Below, piece by piece: positions 52,540-64,000 of a DNA stretch of 64,000 nt (within the stretch, counting starts at the first letter, position 1; every line of letters starts with the position of its first letter). The stretch is from Octopus vulgaris (Eukaryota): NCBI GenBank assembly GCA_951406725.2, contig OX597815.1, positions 191,456,001-191,520,000 on the forward strand, in the 5' to 3' direction. The notes under the pieces are model-generated. The model had not been told where the DNA came from, made no database searches, and saw only the letters and a program-made list of their open reading frames with translations. A program made the position numbers and the translations under genes.

Positions 52540-53133
52540 ATATATATACACAAACACACACACATATATACAAGGGGAGAAAAAAATGAGTGTAGTAGCT
52601 AACGATCTATCATGGCGTCCTGACTTCGGACAATGGTCAGACACGAGAGGGACAGTAGGGGAGATAACAGGGTCAAGTGACTTCCAATATGAAGGTGCCC
52701 CCAACACAAAGGTGCGTGTGTGTATAAGAGAGAATGTATGTGCTTGTGAAAGAGGGCTGGTGGTCTGGATGTGTGTGTGTATGTATGTGTGGGTGTGGAG
52801 ATGTGGGGACGGGTGTGTGGGTGGTGTGTTGTGATGTGATATGTGTATGTATGTGTAGGTGTAAAGATGTGGGGATGGGTGTGTGTGTGGTGTGATGTGA
52901 TGTGTAATGTATGGTGTAGTGTAGTGTGGTGTGATGTTGTGGGGAGGTGGGGAGGGCGAGAGTGGGGAAAGCATAGGGGAGGTGTAGGTTCGGCTGGAGG
53001 TTGGGGTAGAGTGGGGGTTGTGGGTAGGTAGAGGGTGGGGTTAGGAGCGAGGTATATATATATCAGTCTTTATTCAAAATTTATTCTGCTAGACATGTTG
53101 CCTTTGACGTGGCTTACAAAATCCATGATCAAC

Positions 53134-53134
<1 letters not shown>

Positions 53135-53168
<34 letters not shown>

Positions 53169-53545
53169 TGTATGCATGCATGCATGCATACATGCATGCA
53201 TGTATGTATGTATGTATGTATGTATGTATGCATGCATGCATGTATGTATGTATGTATGTATGTATTTATGTATGTATGTATGTATGTATGAATGCATACA
53301 TGCATGTATTTAGGTTGATTATAGATTTTGTGCATGTGTATATGCATGTATGTATATATGTATACATGTGTGTATGCCTGTCTGTCTGCTTGTATGTCTG
53401 TATAAATCTATGTATATATACATAGGTGTGTATGCCTGTTGGTCTGTATGTATGTATGTATGTATGCATGCATGTGTATGTATGCATGCATGTGTGCATG
53501 AATGCACGCATGTATGTATGTATATATGCATGTAAGTATGTACGT
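53135..53545. repeat. (TATG/CATG)n compound microsatellite
   Basis: Direct reading; source of the MYVC/HTYI pseudo-ORFs. Confidence 0.95.
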
Positions 53546-54223
53546 GTGTTGGAGGTCTTAAACGACATGCAAAGGTACATGAAGCCCAGTTACAACTACA
53601 GCCGGCTATTACTGGTAAAGGTTTTAGTTGCCAATTCTGTACAAGACATTGTAGATCTTTGACTGGGCTAAAAAGTCACAAACGATCACAGCACCAATAA
53701 CAGTTAAGCTTTGTGCAATGGCCATACTCGATAACGAAGGGGCAGCCATAATGTGTGTTGTATGTGTGTCTGTATGCATGTACAAATGTATATATATATA
53801 TATATATATATATACTCTTTTACTCTTTTACATGTTTCAGTCATTTGACTGCGGCCATGCTGGAGCACCGCCTTTAGTCGAGCAAATCGACCCCGGGACT
53901 TATACTTTGTAAGCCCAGTACTTATTCTATCGGTCTCTTTTGCCGAACCGCTAAGTGACGGGGATGTAAACACACCAGCATCGGTTGTCAAGCAATGCTA
54001 GGGGGACAAACACAGATACACAAACATATACACACACACTTATATATATATATACATATATACGACAGGCTTCTTTCAGTTTCCGTCTACCAAATCCACT
54101 CACAAGGCATTGGTCAGCCTGGGGCTATAGCAGAAGACACTTGGCCAAGATGCCATGCAGTGGGACTGAACCCGAAACCATGTGGTTGGTTAGCCAGCTA
54201 CTTACCACACAGCCACTCCTGCG

Positions 54224-54258
<35 letters not shown>

Positions 54259-54977
54259 GAAATTACAGAATTATTGCAAGATAATAACAATCGGGTTCAC
54301 CTGTCCATTTTCAACAATCCATGGTATTCCTAGGAAAAAGTTTAATCAAACAAGGTGTGCTACTAACATACTTCAACAATATTTCCATCCCCATAACAGT
54401 TCTACAATGTTAAAAATGCATGCTACACTAAATGACATTTAAGTAGCTTTATTTATTAAGCAATGTTCAAATCTACTTTTCCTGTGAGTCTTCTTTGAAA
54501 CAGCTTATTTCTGTATTCACAAGATGTGGTCGCACTGCTCCAACAAATTTACTCTGCCAAAGTTCAGCATATTTTCTCGTTACATGATTGTCACATGACA
54601 TTACCAATATCCTGTTTCTGTCACTTCCATTCATTCGGAGATTAATCCATTTTATATACTTTTCTAATCTTCTGGTTCCAAGTTTTAACCACACTGGACT
54701 TTCGAAAACTTTCACCTTTTAGCTATATCTACGAGAAAAATTAAGTGGACCATTCTTTAGAGATTCCATTAAGAATTAATAAAATAATGAAGAAAATAAT
54801 TTTTGCACCATAGGCGTAGGAGTGGCTGTGTGGTAAGTAGCTTGTTTATGAACTACATGGTTCCGGGTTCAGTCCCACTGCGTGGCACCTTGGGCAAGTG
54901 TCTTCTACTATAGCCTTGGGCCAACCAAAGCCTTTTGAGTGGATTTGGTAGATGGAAACTGAAAGAATCCCATCGTA

Positions 54978-55039
<62 letters not shown>

Positions 55040-55049
55040 CATACATACC

Positions 55050-55091
<42 letters not shown>

Positions 55092-55564
55092 TATATACAC
55101 ACATATATATATACATATAGATATATACACATATATATATATATATATATGTGTGTGTATGTATATGTTTGTGTGTCTGTGTTTGTCCCCCCAACATTGC
55201 TTGACAACTGATGTTGGTGTGTTTACGTTCCCGTAACATAGCAGTTCGGCAGAAGAGACCGATAGAATAAGTACTAGGCTTACAAAGAATAAATCCTGGG
55301 GTCGATGTGCTCGACTAAAGGCGGTGCTCCAGCATGGCCACATTCAAATGACTGAAACAAGTAAAAGAAAGTAAAAGAGAGCACTGTTTTAGATGACAGT
55401 ATGGATTAGTGTTTCGGTCTTGTTGTCAAACTAAATTTGTTTTTGCTGTTGGACGTTGTATGCTTTGAAGGACAAAAAAAAAAAAAAACAAACAAACAAG
55501 CCAAAAAACTGAAAAATAAAAAGTAAATCATATACTGCTACAACAAACCAGCATTTATTACACA

Positions 55565-55948
55565 CTAGCAGTATCGCCCGGCGTTGCTCAGGTTTGTAAG
55601 GAAAATAACTATAAAGCATTTTTAGAGAGTTATAGCCAAAAAATAGCAAAAAGATGGAAAAAAATGATGGTAAATTTGTTTTGAGAGTAATAAAAGGTGG
55701 AGTTGCGTCCCCTAGACAGTTTGCGGTTTGTGTTTCTGATTCTCGACCCCATGTCGAATTTATCGATTTTTTTCAGAACTGGGGGAACTTTTCAAAATTT
55801 TCGCTGCATTAGTTTTGAATTATGACATTGGGCTATGTGTGTGTCAAGTTTCATCAGAATCGGTTGAAAGCCGTGGTCAGGGTGAGGGTACAAGAAAACA
55901 GACACACAGAAACACGCACAGACAAACTGCCGTTTATATAGAGAGAGA
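55565..55948 (-). mobile_element. non-autonomous Helitron
   Basis: 5' TC (TCTCTCTCTATATAAA), 3' hairpin CCTGAGCAACGCCGGG then CTAG; inserted between A and T. Confidence 0.85.
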
Positions 55949-56219
55949 TATTTAGAATTTACATTCCCAGAGTTACAGTATGATTTGGTCATCTTCATTA
56001 ATTCCAGAAGTGTGCTGAGAATAGCAAATGCCTTTGTAGATCATTTATATCAACCTGGCCAAGGCATTTGACCTTCCAACAGAGATTCCTCTGGAGAATG
56101 GCTGCCCCCCAAAACTGCAGAACATGATTGAGCCCTTCTGCTCTAATTGAAGGGGACAGTGTTAATCAACAATAACTCTTTTGAGTCCATCCCCAATGTA
56201 TCAAAATAGACTGCATCTA

Positions 56220-56585
56220 CACTCCCACATTCTCTAGAATTCTCTTTGTTGTGCTGCTGCAATTGGCCTTCAGTGACACAACAGAGAAGATCTAGATCTG
56301 TGCTTGACGGTCTCTTTAATCTATTTTGCCTCAAACTAAGATAAAAATACAAGTAGCACTTATCAGAGACATGCTGTTCCCTGATGATGTAGCAGTTGCG
56401 ACTCACATCCTGTTAGAACTTCAGTCACTGATAGCCTATGTCTCTCATGCTAGCAAAGATTTCAAGCTGGTTATGGCCTCTGTGGAGAGACCTATTAGCC
56501 ATTCCCAGTGGCACCACAAAGATGTCTGCATGAGAGACACAAAAGTGCTTGATAGCAATACAGGATCCTGTGAGATCTGTAACAG
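56220..56585 (+). mobile_element. decayed RTE/BovB-like RT fragment
   Basis: DGLFNL...RDMLFPDDVAV (FADD-like) remnant. Confidence 0.55.
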
Positions 56586-57084
56586 ATTTAATGTATTGGT
56601 AAACATTATTAGGCGCAGGAGTGGTTGTGTGGTAAGTAGCTTGCTAACCAACCACATGGTTCCGGGTTCAGTCCCACTGCCTGGCATCTTGGGCAGGTGT
56701 CTTCTGCTATAGCCCCGGGCCGACCAATGCCTTGTGAGTGGATTTGGTAGACGGAAACTGAAAGAAGCCTGTCGTATATATGTATATATATATATGTGTG
56801 TGTTTGTGTGTGTGTGTGTTTGTCCCCCCTAGCATTGCTTGACAACCGATGCTGGTGTGTTTACGTCCCCGTCACTTAGCGGTTCGGCAAAAGAGACTGA
56901 TAGAATGAGTACTGGGCTTACAAAGAATAAGTCCCGGGGTCGATTTGTTCGACTAAAGGCGGTGCTCCAGCATGGCCGCAGTCAAATGACTGAAACAAGT
57001 AAAAGAGAAAGAAAGAGATTATTATTGATGAAATGTTGAAGTCAGCAGTTGTGACGATAAAGAGTTGTTGTTATAATTGCATAC

Positions 57085-57728
57085 TGTAGGATGTGAAAGA
57101 TGAACAATGCATGAAGTTTTAAGGAAACATTTATTTACCGTTAAGTTACAAATACCTTGCCTCGACGGGCAGGTTTTGATACATCCAAAAGCATGCGAAG
57201 TAAAGCTTGTGTTTGTGTCCTCTTCATTGTTTAGTAGTAATTACAGAGAGAGATAGAATGATGTTGTAAGAGAACAGAATTAGAGCTAGAGAGAATTGCA
57301 GGGTGTTGTCTGACAGTTGCTGGCAGTAAACTTCCTTTCTCCCTCTGACCAATGTTGGTCAGCCAGACCACGTTGAGTCGTCACCGACTGTAACTAACGC
57401 CGTTGAATCGTCACGACTGTGATGAACTGATTTTTGCTTGGAGTGTTCTTGCTTACATAAAGATCCAGAAGGATAGATATATCATTGAGAACAATAGATT
57501 TAGTTGGTGGTCTTGTTATCTCTATTCAACCTTTTGGTGAAGTAGAAGAGGTTAGAAAGGGTCAAGTAGTGAAGAGATTATTTCGGACTAGCTAAAGGCA
57601 TCTGGAAAATGTAAAACTGCTGTCAGAGAAAAACTATTGTTCCACTGTGGGAAAAGTTCAGTTGCAGTGTTAATTTAAATTTGGATATGGTGGATCGAAT
57701 CCACTTCATGCAGGCAAGATCCACTACA
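57085..57728 (-). mobile_element. solo LTR (partial homolog at ~13980-14510 +)
   Basis: TGTAG...CTACA termini, AATAAA near the 3' end, second diverged copy in window; no clean TSD. Confidence 0.65.
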
Positions 57729-58558
57729 GATCTTTGCAGATGACAAAGACTGAGTGAGATGGAGGGGTACCTGAACTTGTGCCTCAAGACAGGAGAAAAG
57801 AAGCTGACTGATATTGGTGATGTACAAAGGAGCACAGCAGCACCAAAAGACCAGTGATCATATGTAGGGGCCACTCCTATATTGGTCTTCTCTGTCACAA
57901 GTGACACTATTGTAACCCATGGCCAGACATGATGAAAGGGAAACCCACACCTCAGTACAAACATTTATTGCAAGCTGGCAGAGGGAAAATACCTCAAGAC
58001 TGATACATCAATTATGAGGTTTCTTTTCTTAGTAGCCCTTGATACTTAAAAATCTGGGTGATTGCATAATTCATCATCTCATCTCATCTAGGTTGTCCCA
58101 TAGGATGCTCCTTTTAGGGATTTCAGTTGCGCATACTATAGGAGCCACAGGGCGCTGCTCCTTGTGGGCCCGCAGATTCCATCTAACTAGGAATATCAGT
58201 AATATTGGAATATTGTCTTGTACTCAAGATCTTCTGCACGACATCCTTCTAGTTCAAAGCCAGGAATCTGACCCGTTAGGTCCTGCCAATAACTAAATCC
58301 ATGCCCTGCTGCTTTGATTTATTGTTGTTAAAGTCTTCTCTGTCGTCTATGTTGAAGGCACAAATTGTAATGATCTTTTGAATGTTGACTGAAGAATTAG
58401 CTATGGGTTTTCTGTTTGTTATGTTTTTGCAAAATTTCCCATTTATAGTGCTTTTGATAAATTTTTGAAATATATATATATATATATATAATAAGGGAAG
58501 GAAAATACATACAGTTTACTTAGTTTTAATATATTTAAAATGATAGAGTGTTCTGGTA

Positions 58559-58590
58559 GTCGACCGGTTTCACATTTCGCTGATCATGAC
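58559..58590 (-). ncRNA. minimal hammerhead-like motif (inverted partner copy)
   Basis: Reverse complement reads GTC-ATGATCA-GCGaaaTGT-GAAA-CCG-GTC-GAC, with palindromic stem III ACCGGT. Confidence 0.55.
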
Positions 58591-58745
58591 ATTGAAATTA
58601 TTGTGATTTCACATTTACTTAAGATGTTTTTCGTCCATGTTCTTGTATAAAAGTTTGTGAATGAATCAACCACTCACAAACTTTCATACACGAACATGGA
58701 CTAAAAACTTCTTAAGAAAATACAAAATCACAATAATTTTTCAAT

Positions 58746-58777
58746 GTCATGATTAGCAAAATGTGAAACCAGTCGAC
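58746..58777 (+). ncRNA. minimal hammerhead-like motif with A3-U8 core
   Basis: GTC-ATGATTA-GCAaaaTGT-GAAA-CCA-GTC-GAC: stem I GTC/GAC, stem II, GAAA, GUC site. Confidence 0.55.
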
Positions 58778-58964
58778 TACCACAACAATCATCTAAAATA
58801 TGTTAAAACCATGTAAACTGTGTGCATTTTCCTTCTTTTATTTTATATACATTCTTTCGCATTACAACTTACCACATGGGAATAATTGAAATTCTCAAGT
58901 CAGCGAGCTGGCAGAAACGTTAGCACGCCGGGCGAAATGCTTTGCGGTATTTTCGTCTGCCGTT

Positions 58965-59346
58965 GGAGGCGCAATGGCCCAGTGGTTAGGGCAGCGGACT
59001 CGCGGTCATAGGATCGCGGTTTCGATTCCCAGACCGGGCGTTGTGAGTGTTTATTGAGCGGAAACACCTAAAGCTCCACGATGCTCCGGCAGGGGATGGT
59101 GGTGATCCCTGCTGTACTCTTTCACCATAACTTTCTCTTACTCTTACTTCCTGTTTCTGTTGTACCTGTATTTCAAAGGGCCGGCCTTGTCACTCTCTGT
59201 GTCACGCTGAATATCCCCGAGAACTACGTTAAGGGTACACGTGTCTGTGGAGTGCTCAGCCACTTACACGTTAATTTCACGAGCAGGCTGTTCCATTGAT
59301 TTGGATCAACCGGAACCCTCGTTGTTGTAAACGACGGAGTGCTTCC
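58965..59346 (+). mobile_element. tRNA-derived SINE family C following the 5' head of a family D SINE
   Basis: Full-length copy directly abutting the family D head at ~58900-58964. Confidence 0.9.
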
Positions 59347-60086
59347 ATCCAATTGATATTCTCTTCCTTTTTTTTTTTACTATATATATACATATATATA
59401 TATGCCTATGCATGTATGTATGTTTTTCACCTCAAAAAAGAAATATTAATCAACTGCTTATCACTCCAAAAATCTCCAGCACACTACAACAAATATTATT
59501 GAAGCCAACCATGACCGTCTCACCTTTTTACAAGTACACAGTATGACAGCAAAAGTGTGATAGCAGTGGTGGTGGTGGTGACAGTATCCAGTTATCTCTC
59601 ACATGAGTTGTTACTTTAGTGATTTAGTCTCAGGTGAACCCTAATCAAAGAAACCAGATGCTTTCCACCCGAAACCATTCCATTACCTAAGACTTTATTA
59701 TCCAATATATTGCCTCTTTATTTACTATATTTTCCAGCAAACAAATCAAATTCTTCAAACCAAAATTTACAGCCAAAAACAGTAAGTTGACTTATGCACC
59801 AAGACAACTTCTGAGGGACAAAAATTCCTAGTGAAATGCAGCAAGACTGTGAAAGACTGTGAAGATGTTTGATTGCTTACACTATATACCATGTCCAGCG
59901 GTATAACCAGGTTCTAAAGTTAGGGGGACAGAGTATATACAAAATATATAAAAAAAAGGCACAGTGACACATACCAAACAACTGTTAACTCATTTCTCTT
60001 GTATTACCTGAAATATTTCATTAGTTAAAATATACATAATTGTATTCTACATTCATTAATTTCATGTTTCTGTTGGAATGTCATTA

Positions 60087-60401
60087 CAGTAATCTCTCGA
60101 ATATCGCAGGTATTACATTCCAAAACCCCCTGCGGTAGGTGAAAATCCACAAAGTAGAAACAGTACTGTACTTTTTTACTCTTTTATTTGCTTCAGTCAT
60201 TTGACTGTGGCCATGCTGGAGCACCGCCTTTAGTCGAGCAGATCGACCCCCAGGACTTATTCTTTGAAAGCCTAGTACTTATTCTATCGGTCTCTTTTGC
60301 CGAACTGCTAAGTTACTAGGACATAAACACGCCAGCATTGGTTGTCAAGCGATGTTGGGGAGACAAACACAGACACACAAACATATACACATGTACATAC
60401 A

Positions 60402-60437
<36 letters not shown>

Positions 60438-60759
60438 TATATACGACGGGCTTCTTTCAGTTTCCACCTACCAAATCCACTCACAAGGCTTTGGTCGGCC
60501 CAAGGCTATAGCAGAAGACACTTGCCCAAGGTGTCACGCAGTGGGACTGGACCCGGAACCATGTGGTTCGTAAGCAAGCTACTTACCACACAGCCACTCC
60601 TACGCCTATAAATATAATTTAAAGATATAATTTTTAATTATTTTTATAATTTGTATATATTTATTTTATTATAAATGCAAAATAGCATCACGGAGGAATT
60701 GACGTAAGCTTAAATAATAAACTGCGATAAGTGAACCACGATATGGCGAGAGACTATTG
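60087..60759. mobile_element. Tigger/pogo-like MITE containing a SINE A insertion
   Basis: TA|CAGTAATCTCTCG ... CGAGAGACTATTG|TA. Confidence 0.8.
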
Positions 60760-61249
60760 TATGTATGAAACCTACAGTTACTGATATAAGTAACAAAAGA
60801 GTTAAAAATTATTGAAAAGGTTCCGATTTTGAAGAATGTGCTCCCCTATTAGCTATATCAACTTGTATACTGGAAATGGGGTAAAATAAAAAGGTGCGAA
60901 TACAAGATGGTTTGGCTGCTATTTCTAACATTTTGAGCAACCATGTAGAGGCTTCCCTGTTGTTTGAAATAGTTTATTCTTAGACATATTATCATTCTTA
61001 TTACGTGACCAACACTGACGTAACAGAAGGAAATGATGAACATTTATTTATCTTATCTCTCAGACATTTAAGTTAAACAAAACTTGGAAAAAATATAATA
61101 TAAAAACCAAACAACAAAATACCCCCCCCCCCCCAAAAAAAAAACTGTAGCATTGGCAGCTTAATAAGTAATTATGATTTTGTTTGTTTCTAAATAAATT
61201 AATGTTTAGATAAGAAAATTATTTGCATCGTAAAAAGAATTTTCAACTG

Positions 61250-61297
61250 AATATATATATATAATTATTTTATATATATATATATATATATAAAATA

Positions 61298-61381
<84 letters not shown>

Positions 61382-61580
61382 TTGTGTGTGTGTTATCTAT
61401 CTAACTATCTTTCTCATCCTCTCTCTGTGTATATAAATATATACACACACACATATATATACACACATATATATATATATACACACATATATATATGTAT
61501 ATATACATATATATATATATGTATATACACACACACATACATATAAGCATATGCACACACACATATATACATGTATATGA

Positions 61581-61628
<48 letters not shown>

Positions 61629-61630
61629 AT
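61250..61630. repeat. (TA)n/(CA)n/(TG)n microsatellite cluster (other long TA tracts at 1939-2031, 16003-16086, 52456-52548)
   Basis: Direct reading. Confidence 0.95.
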
Positions 61631-62339
61631 GCACGTATCCCTTCATCTGATATGAATTCAACAGCTGTATTGAAACAGCATTTCTTTATTTACTTGTCTC
61701 TTTTTATCAGTTCTCACCATCTTTGTTTTACGTATACTATTTTAATTCCATATCTCTTATTCATCTCAGCATAATTAGCATAAAATATGTCAATTAAACG
61801 TTTACTTAGCCAGAACTTGTCAATTATTTCCACCCTACCCCACCACTAAATAAACATATTTTCTAAGTTGAAAACGTTAAGATTTAAAAAAAAAAACCCT
61901 TCTTAAATAATGGCCTATCTTTAACTAGTTTATTTTTACTATCCATATATATATATATATATGACGAAAAAAGGTAATGTTCTGATAAAGAAAATTCTAG
62001 TTCTTATCCTTTAATCAATATTGAGGAGACCTATACCGTCAGCTGCCGTAGTTAGTTCTTGTGCAAGTTGATGTAAGGGACATAACTGTTTTATAATTAA
62101 ACATCTTCAACGAAATACAATGTTTGATGGCAACAAGGACACGAGCTTAGTAGAAAGAAGCACTCTGATTTCAGCAGCGCATATTCAGGAAAAAAATGTC
62201 TTTAGCCCATTAAAGCATGTAATATTTAAAGCAATCGCGCATATAAAACTTGGAGTGATTCTGTGCTTATAAGAAGTGCTTCTTATATGCCATTAGATAC
62301 AATCACTATCTGAGCCCGTATTACACAAATCAAGCTTTG

Positions 62340-63110
62340 TACGAGTGTAGGTTGAAAAGTTCTAAAGGCGGCGAGCTGGCAGAAACGGTAGCACGCCGGG
62401 CGAATTGCTTAGGGGTATTTCGTCTGCCGCTGCGTTCTGAGTTCAAATTCCGCTGAGGTCGACTTTACCTTCCATCCTTTCGGGGTCGATAAATTAAGTA
62501 CCAGTTACGCACTGGGGTCGATGTAATCGACTTAATACCTATGTCTGTCCTTGTTTGTCCCCTCTATGTTTAGCCCCTTGTAGGTAATAAAGAAATAGGT
62601 ATTTCGTCTGCTGCTGCGTTCTGAGTTCAAATTCCGCCGAGGTCGACTTTGCCTTTCATCCTTTCAGGGTCGATAAATTAAGTACTAGTTACACACTGGG
62701 GTCGATGGAATCGACTTAATCCATTCGTCTGTCCTTGTTTGTCCCCTCTGTGTTTAGCCCCTTGTGGGTAGTAAAGAAATAGGTTGAAAAGTTCTTAGGT
62801 TGACTATGAAGGAGAGGTGCTAGGGCTATGAAAAACTTATTTGCATTAATTTTTATTCTCTTCTTTTTAATTACTACATTGTTTCTTCCCAGGTAACCTG
62901 ACATCTGACTGGTCAAAGAAAACTTTGAAAGTAACTGGTGGCGAATTCTCTTGAAATTGGACATGATTTGGCTTTGTGGTGTTATCATGTACCTGCAGAA
63001 AAACGGTTCAGCCCCAATGGACATTCATGCTGACATGGTTACTACATTAAGGGATGAAGCCCCAACTTTATCAACAGTGCAAACGCGGGCAGATGAATTT
63101 TGGAAGAGAA
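62340..63110 (+). mobile_element. mariner fragment (TIR + transposase N-terminal HTH) interrupted by a SINE D dimer
   Basis: TACGAG...GAAAAGTTC TIR-like start; GVIMYLQKNG..PMDIHADMVTTL.DEAPTLSTV...ADEF; SINE flanked by TSD TAGGTTGAAAAGTTCT. Confidence 0.75.
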
Positions 63111-63770
63111 GAATGTATCCCTGGGCATGGATACATTGAAACTCCGACGTCTGGCAGCTGACTTGGCAGACACCCGTAAAATTATTAACCATCTTGCAAA
63201 CAATAACTCTGAGCATCTTTTCAAACTCCACCTGTCTAACACCCCTGGACATGTTTACAAAGTCAGAAAACAGCACAGCTCCCATGACTTTTGGAAACAT
63301 TTTTTCACGCTAAGAGTTGCTGAAGCATGGAACAAACTGCTGGCATTTAGGATGCAAAGCAGAAGATTATTCAAATTTGTCACTGAATTTTTCTTTTGAC
63401 AACAGAGAAACCCAGGAAAACAAAAAGAAATTTGATATGATTCTGCATATCAAAGTTAGAAACCAACACAACTCCCATGACTTTCAGAAACATTTTTTCA
63501 CACCCAGAGTTGCTGGAGCAAGAAACAATATACCTGCATCAGTTGTTAGTTGCCAACACATTGCATCGTTTAGAACCTTCATGCTTTCTGAAATTCACCA
63601 ACACTACACCTGATATCCCCCACTCCATACGCATGCACACATATATATCATGACTCTTACACTGTTCACCTTCCTGACTTTTGTACATAATTCTATGTAC
63701 TGTACATGCACCTTCAATGAGTTGTAGTGCATCTGAGCACTATACACAATAATTTCATTATTATCATATT
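63110..63770 (+). mobile_element. CR1-group LINE 3' end with internal duplication (related fragments at ~4735-5350 + and ~34400-34650 -)
   Basis: TLKLRRLAADL...GHVYKVRKQHS...FFTLRVAEAWNKL; ATT-repeat tail. Confidence 0.8.
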
Positions 63771-64000
63771 ATTATTAGATTGAGCATGTTTCGAACATCT
63801 CATCCACAGGCTCACACTGTCCAATTGCTAATGTTTTACTCTCTAGCAGTGTGGTTCTGAGAATGTTTGAACATGTAGAGAACTGTAGGATGAAAGGCAT
63901 AGTCAACCCCTGGCGGAATTTGTACTCAGAACGAAATACCGCCAAGCATTTCGCCCAGAGTGCTAACGATTTTGCCAGTTCGCCTGCTGATACTACAATA

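Larger units (their letters stand above)
58497..58835. repeat. fold-back element adjacent to (TA)n
   Basis: ~165-nt imperfect inverted arms centred near 58666, starting right after a TA tract. Confidence 0.85.

Noticed and set aside
53035-53662. Stack of overlapping ORFs
   Set aside because: Products of a stop-free TATG/CATG microsatellite
54473-54730. 80-aa minus-strand ORF behind a good acceptor (tttttctcgtag)
   Set aside because: All three frames stop within ~17 nt of the acceptor and no partner exons or recognisable domain were found; a terminal exon of a neighbouring gene cannot be excluded

Overview
Eukaryotic, AT-rich, repeat-dense genomic DNA. The SINE, RTE and microsatellite landscape is most consistent with an octopus (coleoid cephalopod) genome; this is an inference from recognised repeat types. 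One protein-coding gene can be reconstructed on the minus strand. It has a putative non-coding exon 1 and promoter at ~38949-39080 (YY1-like and ETS motifs) and eight phase-consistent coding exons (27671-28758, 18610-18743, 10484-10528, 7332-7754, 5851-5973, 4279-4530, 2569-2652, <1-586). These encode a >911-aa protein with a long acidic/disordered N-terminus, a PKKRKV NLS, an AT-hook split across an exon junction, poly-P/T/S tracts and eight C2H2 fingers resembling ZBTB24, but with no BTB domain. The gene runs off the left edge. The rest is transposon-derived: about 25 copies of one tRNA-SINE, MetaSINE-like and other tRNA-SINEs, an RTE LINE with a PHD-like insert plus about 20 truncated copies of its 3' UTR, CR1 and mariner fragments, Helitron/piggyBac/hAT/Tigger/Mutator-like MITEs and a solo LTR. 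The most interesting non-obvious signals are (i) Penelope-type minimal hammerhead ribozyme motifs next to (TA)n tracts, two of them in fold-back elements and one with an A3-U8 core variant, and (ii) a variable-copy tandem array of compact hairpin + H-type pseudoknot modules in the RTE 3' UTR. Almost all ORFs in the supplied track are repeat or microsatellite artefacts. Repeat boundaries were read by eye and are approximate.
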